From the IMG/VR virus record IMGVR_UViG_3300027276_000193, positions 3,323-67,322 of that record: a stretch of DNA of 64,000 bases; one strand, 5' to 3'. The position numbers and the translations under genes are program-made. Positions 35,152 through 44,310 of the stretch are shown here, in pieces. The notes below the pieces were generated by a model. It was not told the origin of the DNA, did not search any database, and saw only the letters and a list, made by a program, of their open reading frames with translations. The stretch comes from a virus (taxonomy: Duplodnaviria; Caudoviricetes). The stretch's first letter is position 1. Each line of letters begins with the position of its first letter.

Positions 35152-36404
35152 GGCTGCATCCGCTCCCTTCTTTCAGGCTGAGTCTGCCTGTTGGCATCGT
35201 CGGTCTGCTGCTTCATGGCAGTGGTAATGGGGATCATGTTGCCGTTGACGAGATAGGCGTCGCCGCCCTGATCCGCCGGGATGGGATTCTGGTTTTCCAG
35301 CGCCCGGATATCGTTAGCGGACATCCAACCGTTCTGGCGGGCAATAGCATAGCCTTCCATCCGGCTCTTGTAGTCGCCGCGCATCAGGCCGTCGATGTTG
35401 AACTGCACATAAAAGCGCCCCTTCTCCTGATCGGTGAAAAGGGCGCGGTTCATGGCCTGTTCGATGCGGACGAGCCAGGGGCGGATGGTGTGGACGGCGA
35501 AGTCGATGCTCATGTGCTCGATATTCGAGAATGTGGCATGCTCCAGATCGCCGACCAGGTGGGGCGGTACCCGGAAGATCCGGCAGATTTCATCCACCTG
35601 GAACTTTCGGGTTTCCAGGAACTGCGCTTCATTGTTGGGCACGGCCATGGGCTCAAACTTCATGCCTTCTTCCAGAATGGCCACCCGATTCGCGTTGGAT
35701 GATCCGCCGTAGGCTGCGTTCCAGCTTTCTCGCAATGCCTTTGGGTTTTTCACGGTGTTCGGGTGCGTCAGAATGCCAGAAGGGCGAGCGCCGTTGGAGA
35801 AAAACTTGCTGCCGTATTCTTCGGAAGCGATGCCCAGGCCGATAGCATTCTTCTCCAGCGCGATGGGGCTGTAGCCCATAACACCATCAAAGCCGAGTCC
35901 GGGGATATGAAGCACATCCTCAGGAGACAGCACCACCGTCTGGCCGGTATTGGTCATATAGGTGTAGGTCAGGATGCCGTTCTTATCCCGGTCTACAGTC
36001 ATCTTGTCCGGTAGCAGAGGGTATAGACCTGTGATTTTATTCCGGCCTGTGCGGATGATCTGGCAGTAGCTGTTGCCCCACAGGAGCAGGTGCGCCAGCA
36101 TGACCTCTCGCAGCACAAAGGACGTCATTTCGCTGTTCGGCTCGTCATGGATCAAGCGATACAGCGGATGCTCCGTCGCCTTGCGGTTGCCGTCTTCCTT
36201 GGCTTCATATACACCAAGCGGCAGGCTGGCGACCGTTTCAGATATTACCCGGACGCAGGCGTACACCGTGGAAAGCTGGATTGCTGTCTGGGCATTAACT
36301 GCCTTGCCGGAACCGCTGGTGCCGAAGTAGAAGGTAGGAGCAGCGCTGACGCTATCCTGGGGCTTGTCCCGCGCACGGAATAGAGCGGTGAAGGGGTTTT
36401 TCAT
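35148..36404 (-). CDS. Portal protein (HK97 family)
   Basis: VYACVRVISETVASLPL...LLLWGNSY...VLHIPGLGFDGVMGYSPI...FRVPPHLVG. Confidence 0.95.
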   Translation of the reverse strand: MKNPFTALFRARDKPQDSVSAAPTFYFGTSGSGKAVNAQTAIQLSTVYACVRVISETVASLPLGVYEAKEDGNRKATEHPLYRLIHDEPNSEMTSFVLREVMLAHLLLWGNSYCQIIRTGRNKITGLYPLLPDKMTVDRDKNGILTYTYMTNTGQTVVLSPEDVLHIPGLGFDGVMGYSPIALEKNAIGLGIASEEYGSKFFSNGARPSGILTHPNTVKNPKALRESWNAAYGGSSNANRVAILEEGMKFEPMAVPNNEAQFLETRKFQVDEICRIFRVPPHLVGDLEHATFSNIEHMSIDFAVHTIRPWLVRIEQAMNRALFTDQEKGRFYVQFNIDGLMRGDYKSRMEGYAIARQNGWMSANDIRALENQNPIPADQGGDAYLVNGNMIPITTAMKQQTDDANRQTQPERRERMQP

Positions 36405-36431
36405 GCAGATCTCACTCCTTGTTAATTTTCA

Positions 36432-36460
36432 TTGACAGAAAAGCTCCTATATGGTAGAAT
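36432..36460 (+). promoter_or_regulatory. Sigma-A promoter of radical SAM moron
   Basis: TTGACA-17 bp-TAGAAT with TG extension. Confidence 0.75.
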
Positions 36461-36488
36461 CTAAGAGTACTACTATGTAGGAGTTGTT

Positions 36489-36929
36489 GTGATGGTTACG
36501 AACGGTGGTTTCCTGGTCACGAAGATCAAGCAGCTTGGCGACCGCATCTTTGAAAAGGTGCTGGCCGAGAAAGGCATTGACGCCTTCAACGGCGCGCAGG
36601 GACGGATCCTGTATGTCCTCTGGCAGCAGGACGGTGTGCCGATCAAAACGATCTCTGACAAGTGCGGTCTTGCCATTACCTCCCTGACCACCATGCTGGA
36701 GCGCATGGAGAGGCAGGGGCTGATCCGCAGGGAATCGGACAGCCGGGACAAGCGCAAGACACTGCTCTTTTTGACCGACAAAGCGAAGGCGCTGCGAGCC
36801 GATTATGACGCCGTTTCCGATCAGATGGGTGCGCTGTACTACAAGGGTTTCACGGATAATGAGATCAGGCAGTTCGAGGAATCCCTGCAGCGGATACAGA
36901 AGAATCTGGAGGAGAAGCTGAAGTCATGA
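36489..36929 (+). CDS. MarR-family regulator of radical SAM mobile pair
   Basis: AQGRILYVLW...ITSLTTMLERMERQGLIRR...DKRKTLLFLT. Confidence 0.9.
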   Translation: MMVTNGGFLVTKIKQLGDRIFEKVLAEKGIDAFNGAQGRILYVLWQQDGVPIKTISDKCGLAITSLTTMLERMERQGLIRRESDSRDKRKTLLFLTDKAKALRADYDAVSDQMGALYYKGFTDNEIRQFEESLQRIQKNLEEKLKS

Positions 36930-37627
36930 GCGTATGCATCAAGGATCTGATCCAGAACATGAACCTGGTAATCGGCTGTACCGTGGGCTGCTCATACTGC
37001 TACGCCCGGAACAATGTGAAGCGGTATCACATGATCGACGACTTTTCTCAACCGGAGTTCTTTCCTGGAAAGCTGCGGATGATGGACAAGCCCCGTCCCC
37101 AGAACTTCCTGCTGACGGGCATGAGCGACCTGGCGGGTTGGAAACCGGAGTGGCGGGATGAGGTATTCGCAAAGATCCGGGAGAATCCGCAGCATCAGTT
37201 CCTTTTCCTCAGCAAGCGGCCTGATCTGCTGCACATCCGCACCGACCTGGACAACGCCTGGTTCGGTGTGACGGTGACCAGAAAAGCGGAGCTCTGGCGC
37301 ATCGATGCGCTGCGAGAAAACGTGAAAGCAAAGCATTATCACGTAACCTTCGAGCCGCTGTTTGATGACCCCGGCGTTGCCGATCTGTCCTGCATCGGAT
37401 GGGTTGTCGTCGGCACCATGACCGGAGCGCAGAGCAGGAAGGTTCATACTGAGCCCGCGTGGGCATATTCCCTGACAGAACAGGCGCACAGGATAAACAT
37501 CCCCGTCTTCTGGAAAGAAGATCTCCTTCCCATCATGGGAGAGGAACAGATGATCCAGGAACTGCCGGAAGCATTCAATCATGTACTGGAGGAGCAGAGA
37601 GCATGGAACAGCCGGAAATCAAAGTAG
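36926..37627 (+). CDS. Radical SAM mobile pair protein A (DUF5131/gp37-gp68-like)
   Basis: NLVIGCTVGCSYCYA CxxxCxxC; FLFLSKRP; FEPL; WVVVG. Confidence 0.85.
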   Translation: MSVCIKDLIQNMNLVIGCTVGCSYCYARNNVKRYHMIDDFSQPEFFPGKLRMMDKPRPQNFLLTGMSDLAGWKPEWRDEVFAKIRENPQHQFLFLSKRPDLLHIRTDLDNAWFGVTVTRKAELWRIDALRENVKAKHYHVTFEPLFDDPGVADLSCIGWVVVGTMTGAQSRKVHTEPAWAYSLTEQAHRINIPVFWKEDLLPIMGEEQMIQELPEAFNHVLEEQRAWNSRKSK

Positions 37628-38517
37628 GATTTGTACAGACGAAGAGCATCATGACCAAGTCGAACGCTCCGCTGGGTGGGTATTCCGTCAACCCCTATGT
37701 GGGCTGTCCGCACGCCTGCCGGTATTGCTACGCCAGCTTTATGAAACGGTTTACCGGGCATACCGAAGACTGGGGCACCTTTATGGATGTAAAGGAATGG
37801 CCGGCCATTACCAATCCCCGGAAATATGCCGGGCAGAAGGTGATCGTCGGGACGGTTACGGACGGCTACAATCCGCTGGAAGAGAAATTCGGGAAGACCC
37901 GGCTTTTGCTGGAGCAGCTGAAAGACAGCGGCTCGGATATCCTGATCTGCACCAAGTCCGATCTCGTCCTGCGGGATCTGGAACTGCTGCGGGAAATCAA
38001 CAAGCGGAACCGGCTGACCGTTTCCTGGTCGGTAAACACGCTGGATGAGGCCTTTAAGGATGATATGGATTCAGCGGTCAGCATCGAGAGAAGACTTGCT
38101 GCCATGAAGCAGGTGTATGACGCGGGGATCCGCACTGTCTGCTTTATTTCTCCTGTATTCCCCGGGATCACGGATATCGAAGCCATCTTTGAACGGGCTA
38201 AGGATCAGTGCGACCTGATCTGGCTGGAAAACTTGAATCTGCGCGGCGGGTTCAAGGCTGGTATCATGAGTTATATCGCCGAAAAGTATCCTGAGCTTCT
38301 CCCGCTGTACGAGGAAATCTATAACAGGAAAAACCGCAGCTATTTCGAGGCCCTTGAAAAGAAGGCTGAAGAGATGGCTAAAAAGCATAACTGCCGCTTC
38401 GTCGATAATGAAACGCCCTATGAACGTGTGCCTCAGGGGCATCCGACCATCGTGGATTACTTCTATCATGAAGAGGTTCGCGGAACCAGCAACAGCGGAA
38501 TACGAAACAAGGGATAA
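37603..38517 (+). CDS. Radical SAM mobile pair protein B (SPL-like)
   Basis: NPYVGCPHACRYCYA CxxxCxxC; TVTDGY; TKSDLVLRD. Confidence 0.85.
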   Translation: MEQPEIKVGFVQTKSIMTKSNAPLGGYSVNPYVGCPHACRYCYASFMKRFTGHTEDWGTFMDVKEWPAITNPRKYAGQKVIVGTVTDGYNPLEEKFGKTRLLLEQLKDSGSDILICTKSDLVLRDLELLREINKRNRLTVSWSVNTLDEAFKDDMDSAVSIERRLAAMKQVYDAGIRTVCFISPVFPGITDIEAIFERAKDQCDLIWLENLNLRGGFKAGIMSYIAEKYPELLPLYEEIYNRKNRSYFEALEKKAEEMAKKHNCRFVDNETPYERVPQGHPTIVDYFYHEEVRGTSNSGIRNKG

Positions 38518-38519
38518 AC

Positions 38520-38861
38520 TTACAGTCCGCTTCCAGTCTTCTTATCATGGCATCCCTTGCAGAGAGGCTCCCAGTTCATCTGATCCCAGAACAGTCGCTG
38601 ATCGCCCCGGTGTGGGATGATGTGATCCACCACTGTTGCGGGCACGACCTTGCCCTCTGCCTGGCAGAATGCACACAGCGGATGCTTCTTCAGGAAGAGA
38701 GCGCGGGCCTTACGCCAGCGGCTGTCGTACCCACGGGCATCGGCACCGCCGCGCAGCCTGTCGCTGCTCCATTCCATATGATCTTTACAGAACACCTGAC
38801 CCTGCTCGCAAAAGCCCGGACATCCGGGATAGCGGCAGGGTCTTCTTGGTTTTTGGGGCAT
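38520..38861 (-). CDS. HNH endonuclease (terminase-associated type)
   Basis: RGYDSRWRKARALFLKKHPLC...ATVVDHIIPHRGD...LCKGCHDKKT. Confidence 0.92.
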   Translation of the reverse strand: MPQKPRRPCRYPGCPGFCEQGQVFCKDHMEWSSDRLRGGADARGYDSRWRKARALFLKKHPLCAFCQAEGKVVPATVVDHIIPHRGDQRLFWDQMNWEPLCKGCHDKKTGSGL

Positions 38862-38873
38862 GCTGCACCTCCG

Positions 38874-40424
38874 TCAGATAATCAAAAGCCCACGAGTGTC
38901 GTAGACGGATTCGCCGCCCTGGTTCTTCATGGCTCTGTCCAGCGCCATGACCAGCGCGACCGCGCCGTCCACCTTCTCCGTGGATTTTTCCTTGTCGATT
39001 TTCAGGTTCCCGGCGGGATCAGTGCGCACGAAGGCATTGTCCATGTTCCACCGGAGCACCGGGTGCCCACCGTGATTCAGCTTCCGCTCCAGCACGATGC
39101 GCATCAGTTCTTTGGTCGGCGGCGACATATCCCGGAAGCCCTGTCCGAAGGGCACCATGTTGAAACCGTCGTCTTCCAGGGTCTGCACCATCATGGTGGC
39201 ATTCCATCGGTCATAGGCGATTTCCCGGATGTTGAACCGTTCGCCCAGCTTCGTGATGAACTGCTCTATAAAGCCGTAATGCACCACGTTGCCCTCGGTC
39301 GTATGAATGAAGCCCTGCCGCTCCCATTTGTCGTACATCACATGATCGCGCCGGACGCGCAGCTGCATGGTGTCCTCGGGGAGCCAGAAGTACGGCAGTA
39401 CGATGTACTGCTCTTCATCATCCCTTGGCGGGAACACCAGCACCATGGCGGTCAAGTCGGAAGTGGAAGAAAGGTCGAGCCCGGCATAGCAGGCGCGGCC
39501 TTCCAGTTCATACTCATTGACAGCGCCGCCGCATTCATCCCATTTGTCCATGGGCATCCAGCGGATACTCTGCTTGACCCACTGGTTCAGGCGCAGCTGA
39601 CGGAACATGTTCTCATCAGCGGGCGTCTCCTGGGCCTTGCGGAATGCGTCCCGTACCTTGTCGATGGAGATCGTCTGATCCAGGGATGGATTGGCCTTGT
39701 ACCAGTTTCGCTCATCCGTCCAGTCGGCGTCATCCGGCAGGCCGTAGAGCACAGGGTAGAAGCGAGGATCATCCTTCCTGCCTTCGATGATATCCAGGGC
39801 TTTTTGATGAACCTCCCAGCAGATGCTGTTCCGGTCGGTGCCAGCCGTTGTCAGCAGGAACCAAAGCGGCTGCTTCCGGGCGTCGCCGCTGCCCTGGGTC
39901 ATGACATCATACAGAGCGCGGGTGGGCTGGGTGTGAAGCTCGTCGAAGATGCAGGCGCTGACGTTCAGGCCGTGCTTGGTGGCCACTTCACTGGACAGAA
40001 CCTGATAGATACTTCCGGTCGGCTGGTAGACCATTCTTTTTGTAGAAGGAATGATCTTGATCCGCTTGCTGAGCGCCGGTGACTGCTTCACCATATCGAC
40101 GGCCACATCGAAAACGATAGCCGCCTGCTGACGGTCGCTGGCGCAGGAGTAAACCTCCGCCCGCCACTCATCATCATTGCAGAGCATGTTCAGGGCAATG
40201 GCAGCGCCGAGCTCACTCTTTCCGTTCTTCTTCGGGATCTCAATGTAGGCCGTATTGTACTGCCGCATGGATGGATCATCGTCCCGGACAGTGCCGAACA
40301 CATCCCGGATGATCTTTTCCTGCCAGGGAAGCAGCTTGAACGGCTCTCCGTGGAATTCTCCCTTGGTATGCTTCAGGCACTCAATGAACTGCGTCACCCG
40401 GCGTGCTTTCGCTTCACTGAACAT
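38874..40424 (-). CDS. terL: Terminase large subunit
   Basis: EIPKKNGKS Walker A, CIFDELH Walker B, AGLDLSSTSDLTA nuclease, KVDGAVA. Confidence 0.96.
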   Translation of the reverse strand: MFSEAKARRVTQFIECLKHTKGEFHGEPFKLLPWQEKIIRDVFGTVRDDDPSMRQYNTAYIEIPKKNGKSELGAAIALNMLCNDDEWRAEVYSCASDRQQAAIVFDVAVDMVKQSPALSKRIKIIPSTKRMVYQPTGSIYQVLSSEVATKHGLNVSACIFDELHTQPTRALYDVMTQGSGDARKQPLWFLLTTAGTDRNSICWEVHQKALDIIEGRKDDPRFYPVLYGLPDDADWTDERNWYKANPSLDQTISIDKVRDAFRKAQETPADENMFRQLRLNQWVKQSIRWMPMDKWDECGGAVNEYELEGRACYAGLDLSSTSDLTAMVLVFPPRDDEEQYIVLPYFWLPEDTMQLRVRRDHVMYDKWERQGFIHTTEGNVVHYGFIEQFITKLGERFNIREIAYDRWNATMMVQTLEDDGFNMVPFGQGFRDMSPPTKELMRIVLERKLNHGGHPVLRWNMDNAFVRTDPAGNLKIDKEKSTEKVDGAVALVMALDRAMKNQGGESVYDTRGLLII

Positions 40425-40908
40425 CCTGCCAGCCTCCCTTCAGGACGGATTCCATCGGATCGTCGCTGGCTGCGCTGTCGCCGCTGTTGGCATAGAGCCG
40501 TGCCCGGCTGGCAGGCGTCAGGCCGAACTCCGAACAGAAGGACTGCATGATTTTCAGGTTCTGCATGGCGATGCTGACCTGCGGCACCTGCTGTACATAG
40601 CCGCTGGGCGTTTTGAAAATGGTGCCGTGCTGAGACAGGAATTCTTCAGCTTCACGCCACCGGGCGTAGGCCTGGCAGTATCCGGCGAAGGCTTCCATGT
40701 CATGTTCGGTGAGAACACCCATGGCAATCAGGGATGGAGCCAGACGCTTCCATTCCTTCTTTGCTTCCGGCATCAGCCAGGCAGGACACTTCACGTTGTC
40801 CTGGGGCGGCGTCGGCTCATCCTTGTTCAGCGGTCGTCTGCCCTTGCCACGGTCACCCTCCAGTTCTTTCAGGGCCGTGGGCAGGGGCTTTCTTCCTCTG
40901 GTGGCCAT
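40414..40908 (-). CDS. terS: Terminase small subunit (P27 family)
   Basis: GRKPLPTALKELEG...EAKKEWKRL...FCSEFGLTPASR. Confidence 0.93.
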   Translation of the reverse strand: MATRGRKPLPTALKELEGDRGKGRRPLNKDEPTPPQDNVKCPAWLMPEAKKEWKRLAPSLIAMGVLTEHDMEAFAGYCQAYARWREAEEFLSQHGTIFKTPSGYVQQVPQVSIAMQNLKIMQSFCSEFGLTPASRARLYANSGDSAASDDPMESVLKGGWQDVQ

Positions 40909-40955
40909 CTGGTTTCACCTCCGTTTCTCTTGAAAAGTGTGTTTCTATGGGCATG

Positions 40956-42200
40956 TTATGTGGGCTGTGTGACATCACTGTAGGAAATAGTGTGCCCGTC
41001 CCGCAGCACCATGATCTCCTGATCCGGGTATTCCAGGTGGAAACGCTCCACTATTACTGTCGCGTATTTCGGATCAAGCTCCATCGTCCGACATATCCGG
41101 TCGGTCTGTTCGCAGGCGATGAGGGTGGAGCCGCTGCCGCCGAACAGATCCATAACCACGGCGTTCGGTGCGCTGCTGTTCTTAATCGGATACGCCAGCA
41201 GCGGAATCGGCTTCATGGTCGGATGGTCAGCGCTCTTCTTGGGCTTGTCGAAATTCCAGATGGTGGACTGCTTCCGGTCGGCGAACCACTTGTGCTTCCC
41301 GTTGGGGAGCCAGCCGTAGAGCACGGGCTCGTGTTGCCACTGGTATGGACTGCGGCCCAGCACCAGGCTGTTCTTCACCCAGATGCATACCCCGGAAATA
41401 TGAAAGCCGGACTCTTTGAAAGCCCGGCGAAAGTTCAGTCCTTCGGTATCCGCATGGAAGATGTAGGCGCTGCCGCCCTCGGCCATATGCGCCGCCATGT
41501 TCTGGAAAGCGGCCAGCAGGAAGGCGAAGAACTGCTCGTCTGCCATGCTGTCGTTCTGGATCTTCTTTCCGTCAGCGGACTCATACGCCACGTTATAGGG
41601 TGGATCGGTCACGACCAGGTTGGCCCTGATGCCGTCCATGAGCGCGTCCACTGCATCCGGCGATGTGCTGTCCCCGCACATCATGCGGTGCCTGCCCAGC
41701 GTCCAGATGTCACCGGGCTGTACATATACGTTGACTGTTTCCGGATCAATCTCACAGTCATCGTCATGCACATCCTTGTCATGCACCTTGGAGAAAAGAT
41801 CATCCACCTCGGCAGCGTCAAAGCCTGTCGCGCCGAGATCATATCCGGCGTTCTGCAGATCCTGCAGCAGGTCAGCCAGGGCCGTGGGCTCCCAGTCGCC
41901 AGTGGCTTTGTTGAGCGCGATGTTCAGCGCCTTTTCATCCGAAGGGTTCTCGATGTGCACCACAACGCAGTCCACCTCGGTCGCGCCTTCAGCCTTCAGC
42001 ACCTTGAAACGCTGGTGACCGCCTACGATGTTGCCCGTCACCTCATTCCAGACGATGGGATCGACATACCCGAAGTCGTGCAGGCTGCGCTTGATCTTCT
42101 CATACGCGGGATCGCCCGGCTTCAGGTCTTTCCTGGGGTTGTATTTCGCAGGCTTCAGCCGGTCAATGGGCATGGTCTGCATGTTCAGATTCGTATTCAC
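40956..42200 (-). CDS. ParB-like domain + N6/N4 DNA methyltransferase
   Basis: GTG 42200 after AGGAGG; LKPAKYNPR ParB motif, TDPPYN, HPTMKP, DLFGGSGST. Confidence 0.9.
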   Translation of the reverse strand: MNTNLNMQTMPIDRLKPAKYNPRKDLKPGDPAYEKIKRSLHDFGYVDPIVWNEVTGNIVGGHQRFKVLKAEGATEVDCVVVHIENPSDEKALNIALNKATGDWEPTALADLLQDLQNAGYDLGATGFDAAEVDDLFSKVHDKDVHDDDCEIDPETVNVYVQPGDIWTLGRHRMMCGDSTSPDAVDALMDGIRANLVVTDPPYNVAYESADGKKIQNDSMADEQFFAFLLAAFQNMAAHMAEGGSAYIFHADTEGLNFRRAFKESGFHISGVCIWVKNSLVLGRSPYQWQHEPVLYGWLPNGKHKWFADRKQSTIWNFDKPKKSADHPTMKPIPLLAYPIKNSSAPNAVVMDLFGGSGSTLIACEQTDRICRTMELDPKYATVIVERFHLEYPDQEIMVLRDGHTISYSDVTQPT

Positions 42201-42257
42201 GGTTCCTCCTTCTGCCGTCCTTCGGGGCGGCTTTTTTGATGTCCGGGCGGGCCGATA

Positions 42258-42347
42258 CCCCCACCCCCGAATTTGTCGGAAATTCACGCGTGAGGGGGGC
42301 GCGGTCTCCGCCAGGCACACCCAGGGATCTGACCGCCCCCTCCCGGG
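42258..42347 (-). other. Candidate cos/packaging initiation site
   Basis: Minus strand GGGAGGGGGCGGTCAGATCCCT...GAGACCGCGCCCCCCTCACGCGTGAATTT resembles, from memory, the G-rich element usually found after the HNH gene in HK97-type Firmicutes phages; directly upstream of the MTase-terS-terL operon. Confidence 0.5.
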
Positions 42348-42390
42348 CACACCTCGGCCCGGCGGCTGGGCACACCGACCTGCCCGGCGA

Positions 42391-42499
42391 CTTCGCCAGA
42401 GCAAAGTGGAGAAGTGTGCCGCCCGCCGGACTTCTTCACGGCAAAGCGAAGAAGCGCCGCCCGCCCGGACTTCACCAGAGCAAAGTCGGAAAGTGTGCC
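42391..42499 (+). repeat. Three imperfect direct repeats, ~40-bp period
   Basis: CTTCGCCAGAGCAAAGTGGAGAAGTGTGCC (42391), CTTCTTCACGGCAAAGCGAAGAAGCGCCGC (42431), CTTCACCAGAGCAAAGTCGGAAAGTGTGCC (42470). Confidence 0.7.
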
Positions 42500-42641
42500 C
42501 GGCGGCGGTTCCGGGCGGCGGGTCGGTGTGCCCGCCCGGGCGGCGAAAAACCGCCCGCCCGGCGAAAAAAAACCGGGTTTTTTTCCGGCCCCTACGCGCA
42601 TGTATAAGGAAGCGCGGCCTCCTTTTTCGCAAAAAAAACCG

Positions 42642-42672
42642 TTGACTTTTCGGCCCGGCAGAGTGATGGATG
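42642..42672 (+). promoter_or_regulatory. Shared promoter motif upstream of amidoligase
   Basis: TTGACTTT-tcggcccggc-AGAGTGATGGATG. Confidence 0.7.
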
Positions 42673-42752
42673 TACGCGCCGGGCGGGAAACCGCCCAGAA
42701 GGCACAGCCGGGCCGGGCGGGAGAAGCCGCCGCCGGGAGAAAGGAGACCCCC

Positions 42753-43646
42753 ATGAAAACCCAGACCTTCGGCATCGAGATCGAAATGAACCACATCACC
42801 CGCCAGCTGGCCGCGCAGGTGGTCGCGGAAACCCTCGGCGAAGGAGCGACCTTCCGGCACACGGGCGGTTCCTACGACGCTTGGGAGGTCACCGCGCTGG
42901 ACGGGCGGCGGTGGAAGCTGGTCAGCGACGCGAGCATCGCCGGGCCGCGCGACCAAGGCACAGAGTTCGTCAGCCCGATTTGCCGCTGGGAAGACATCGA
43001 AACGGTGCAGGCCTGCGTCCGGGCCCTCCGGGCGGCTGGGGCACACGCCGACCCCTCCTGCGGCATCCACGTACACGTCGGCCTTGGGGAGCACACCCCC
43101 AAAACCCTGCGGAACTTGGTCAACTTGGTCAACGCCAAGGAAGACCTCCTGACCCAAGCCCTCCAAATCAGCCCGGAGCGCCGGAGCCGCTGGTGCCAGC
43201 CCGTCGACCCACACTTCCTCGCGACCCTGAACCGCCGGAAGCCCGCGACCTCCGAGGATTTCGCCCGGATTTGGTACGACGACATGTGCTGGGAGTACCA
43301 CGCACACCAGCACTACGACCCCTCCCGGTACCACCTGCTGAACCTGCACAGCGTTTTCCAGAAGGGCACCATCGAGTTCCGGGCCTTCAACAGCACACTT
43401 CACGCCGGAGAGGTCAAGGCCTACATCCAGCTTTGCCTCGCGATTTCCCACCAAGCCCTGACGGTGGCTTCCGCAAGCCCGGCCCGCCCGGTCACCGACA
43501 ACCCGGCGTACACCTTCCGGTGCTGGCTCCTCCGGCTGGGCATGAACGGCGAGGAGTTTAAGACCGCCCGCACACACCTCCTGAAGCACATGCCCGGCAA
43601 CGCGGCTTGGAGGAACGGTGCTGAGACCACCCGCCGGGCCTCCTGA
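42753..43646 (+). CDS. Putative amidoligase (Amidoligase_2, COOH-NH2 ligase type)
   Basis: TFGIEIEM, WKLVSDASI, TEFVSP, SCGIHVHV, RYHLLNL, TIEFRAFN; ATG 42753 after AAGGAG. Confidence 0.9.
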   Translation: MKTQTFGIEIEMNHITRQLAAQVVAETLGEGATFRHTGGSYDAWEVTALDGRRWKLVSDASIAGPRDQGTEFVSPICRWEDIETVQACVRALRAAGAHADPSCGIHVHVGLGEHTPKTLRNLVNLVNAKEDLLTQALQISPERRSRWCQPVDPHFLATLNRRKPATSEDFARIWYDDMCWEYHAHQHYDPSRYHLLNLHSVFQKGTIEFRAFNSTLHAGEVKAYIQLCLAISHQALTVASASPARPVTDNPAYTFRCWLLRLGMNGEEFKTARTHLLKHMPGNAAWRNGAETTRRAS

Positions 43647-43807
43647 ACCCGGCGGCGCACACCCGGGAGGATACAGCTTTGAAACCGACCCGCCTGATGA
43701 TGGCCCGGCGGCACCGGGCCGAAACCGGGCACAGGAACCGCCCGGTCGCGGGAAGCCACACCAGCTTCCAAATCAAGCAGGGCACACAGCCCAAGGAGGT
43801 ACACCCC

Positions 43808-44008
43808 ATGATGAACCGGAATCAGGCCATCGCCTACGGCAAGCACATCGGCGTCCGCTGGCACATCTACAACAGCAACGGCTGTCTGGTCGGCGGCACC
43901 AAGACCCTCGAGCAGGCACAGGCCATGAAGCGCCGCTTCGAAATCGAGGAGCGGAGCAACCCTTGGACACACGGCACCACCCGCTTCGAAATCCGCGAGG
44001 CCAAGTAA
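43808..44008 (+). CDS. Small hypothetical protein (66 aa)
   Basis: ATG after AAGGAGG and motif leader. Confidence 0.7.
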   Translation: MMNRNQAIAYGKHIGVRWHIYNSNGCLVGGTKTLEQAQAMKRRFEIEERSNPWTHGTTRFEIREAK

Positions 44009-44067
44009 GCCCGCGCCAGCCACAGCTTTCAAATCGACAGGGCCGAGAGCCCGGAAAGGAACACACC

Positions 44068-44295
44068 ATGTACGAGAACGATTACGAGAACGAGGAACAG
44101 GTCACAGAAGACACCATGCAGGACGGACTCATGGAGCTCATTTCGGAAGCTGCCGAGGACAGCTTTGGAATCGGCTGGGAGGAAGCCGAGGTACGCACAT
44201 TCGAACAGGCCGGAATCATGACCTACAACAAAGGGCTGGTGATCAGCCTGCCGGACGGCACAGAGTTCCAGCTGACCATCGTCCAGAGCCGCTGA
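44068..44295 (+). CDS. Small acidic hypothetical protein (75 aa)
   Basis: ATG after GAAAGGA and motif leader; TFEQAGIMTYNKGLVISLPDGTEFQLTIV. Confidence 0.75.
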   Translation: MYENDYENEEQVTEDTMQDGLMELISEAAEDSFGIGWEEAEVRTFEQAGIMTYNKGLVISLPDGTEFQLTIVQSR

Positions 44296-44310
44296 AGCAC
44301 AGCGGCCCCG

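Noticed and set aside
42414-42752. N-terminal 113-aa extension of the amidoligase ORF
   Set aside because: Spans repeats and the promoter motif; the real start is ATG 42753 after AAGGAG
40956-43589. 877-aa minus-strand ORF in the track (apparent giant methylase fusion)
   Set aside because: The first ~460 codons are the antisense shadow of the amidoligase and GC-rich intergenic DNA; a good RBS + GTG at 42200 gives a normal 414-aa ParB-MTase
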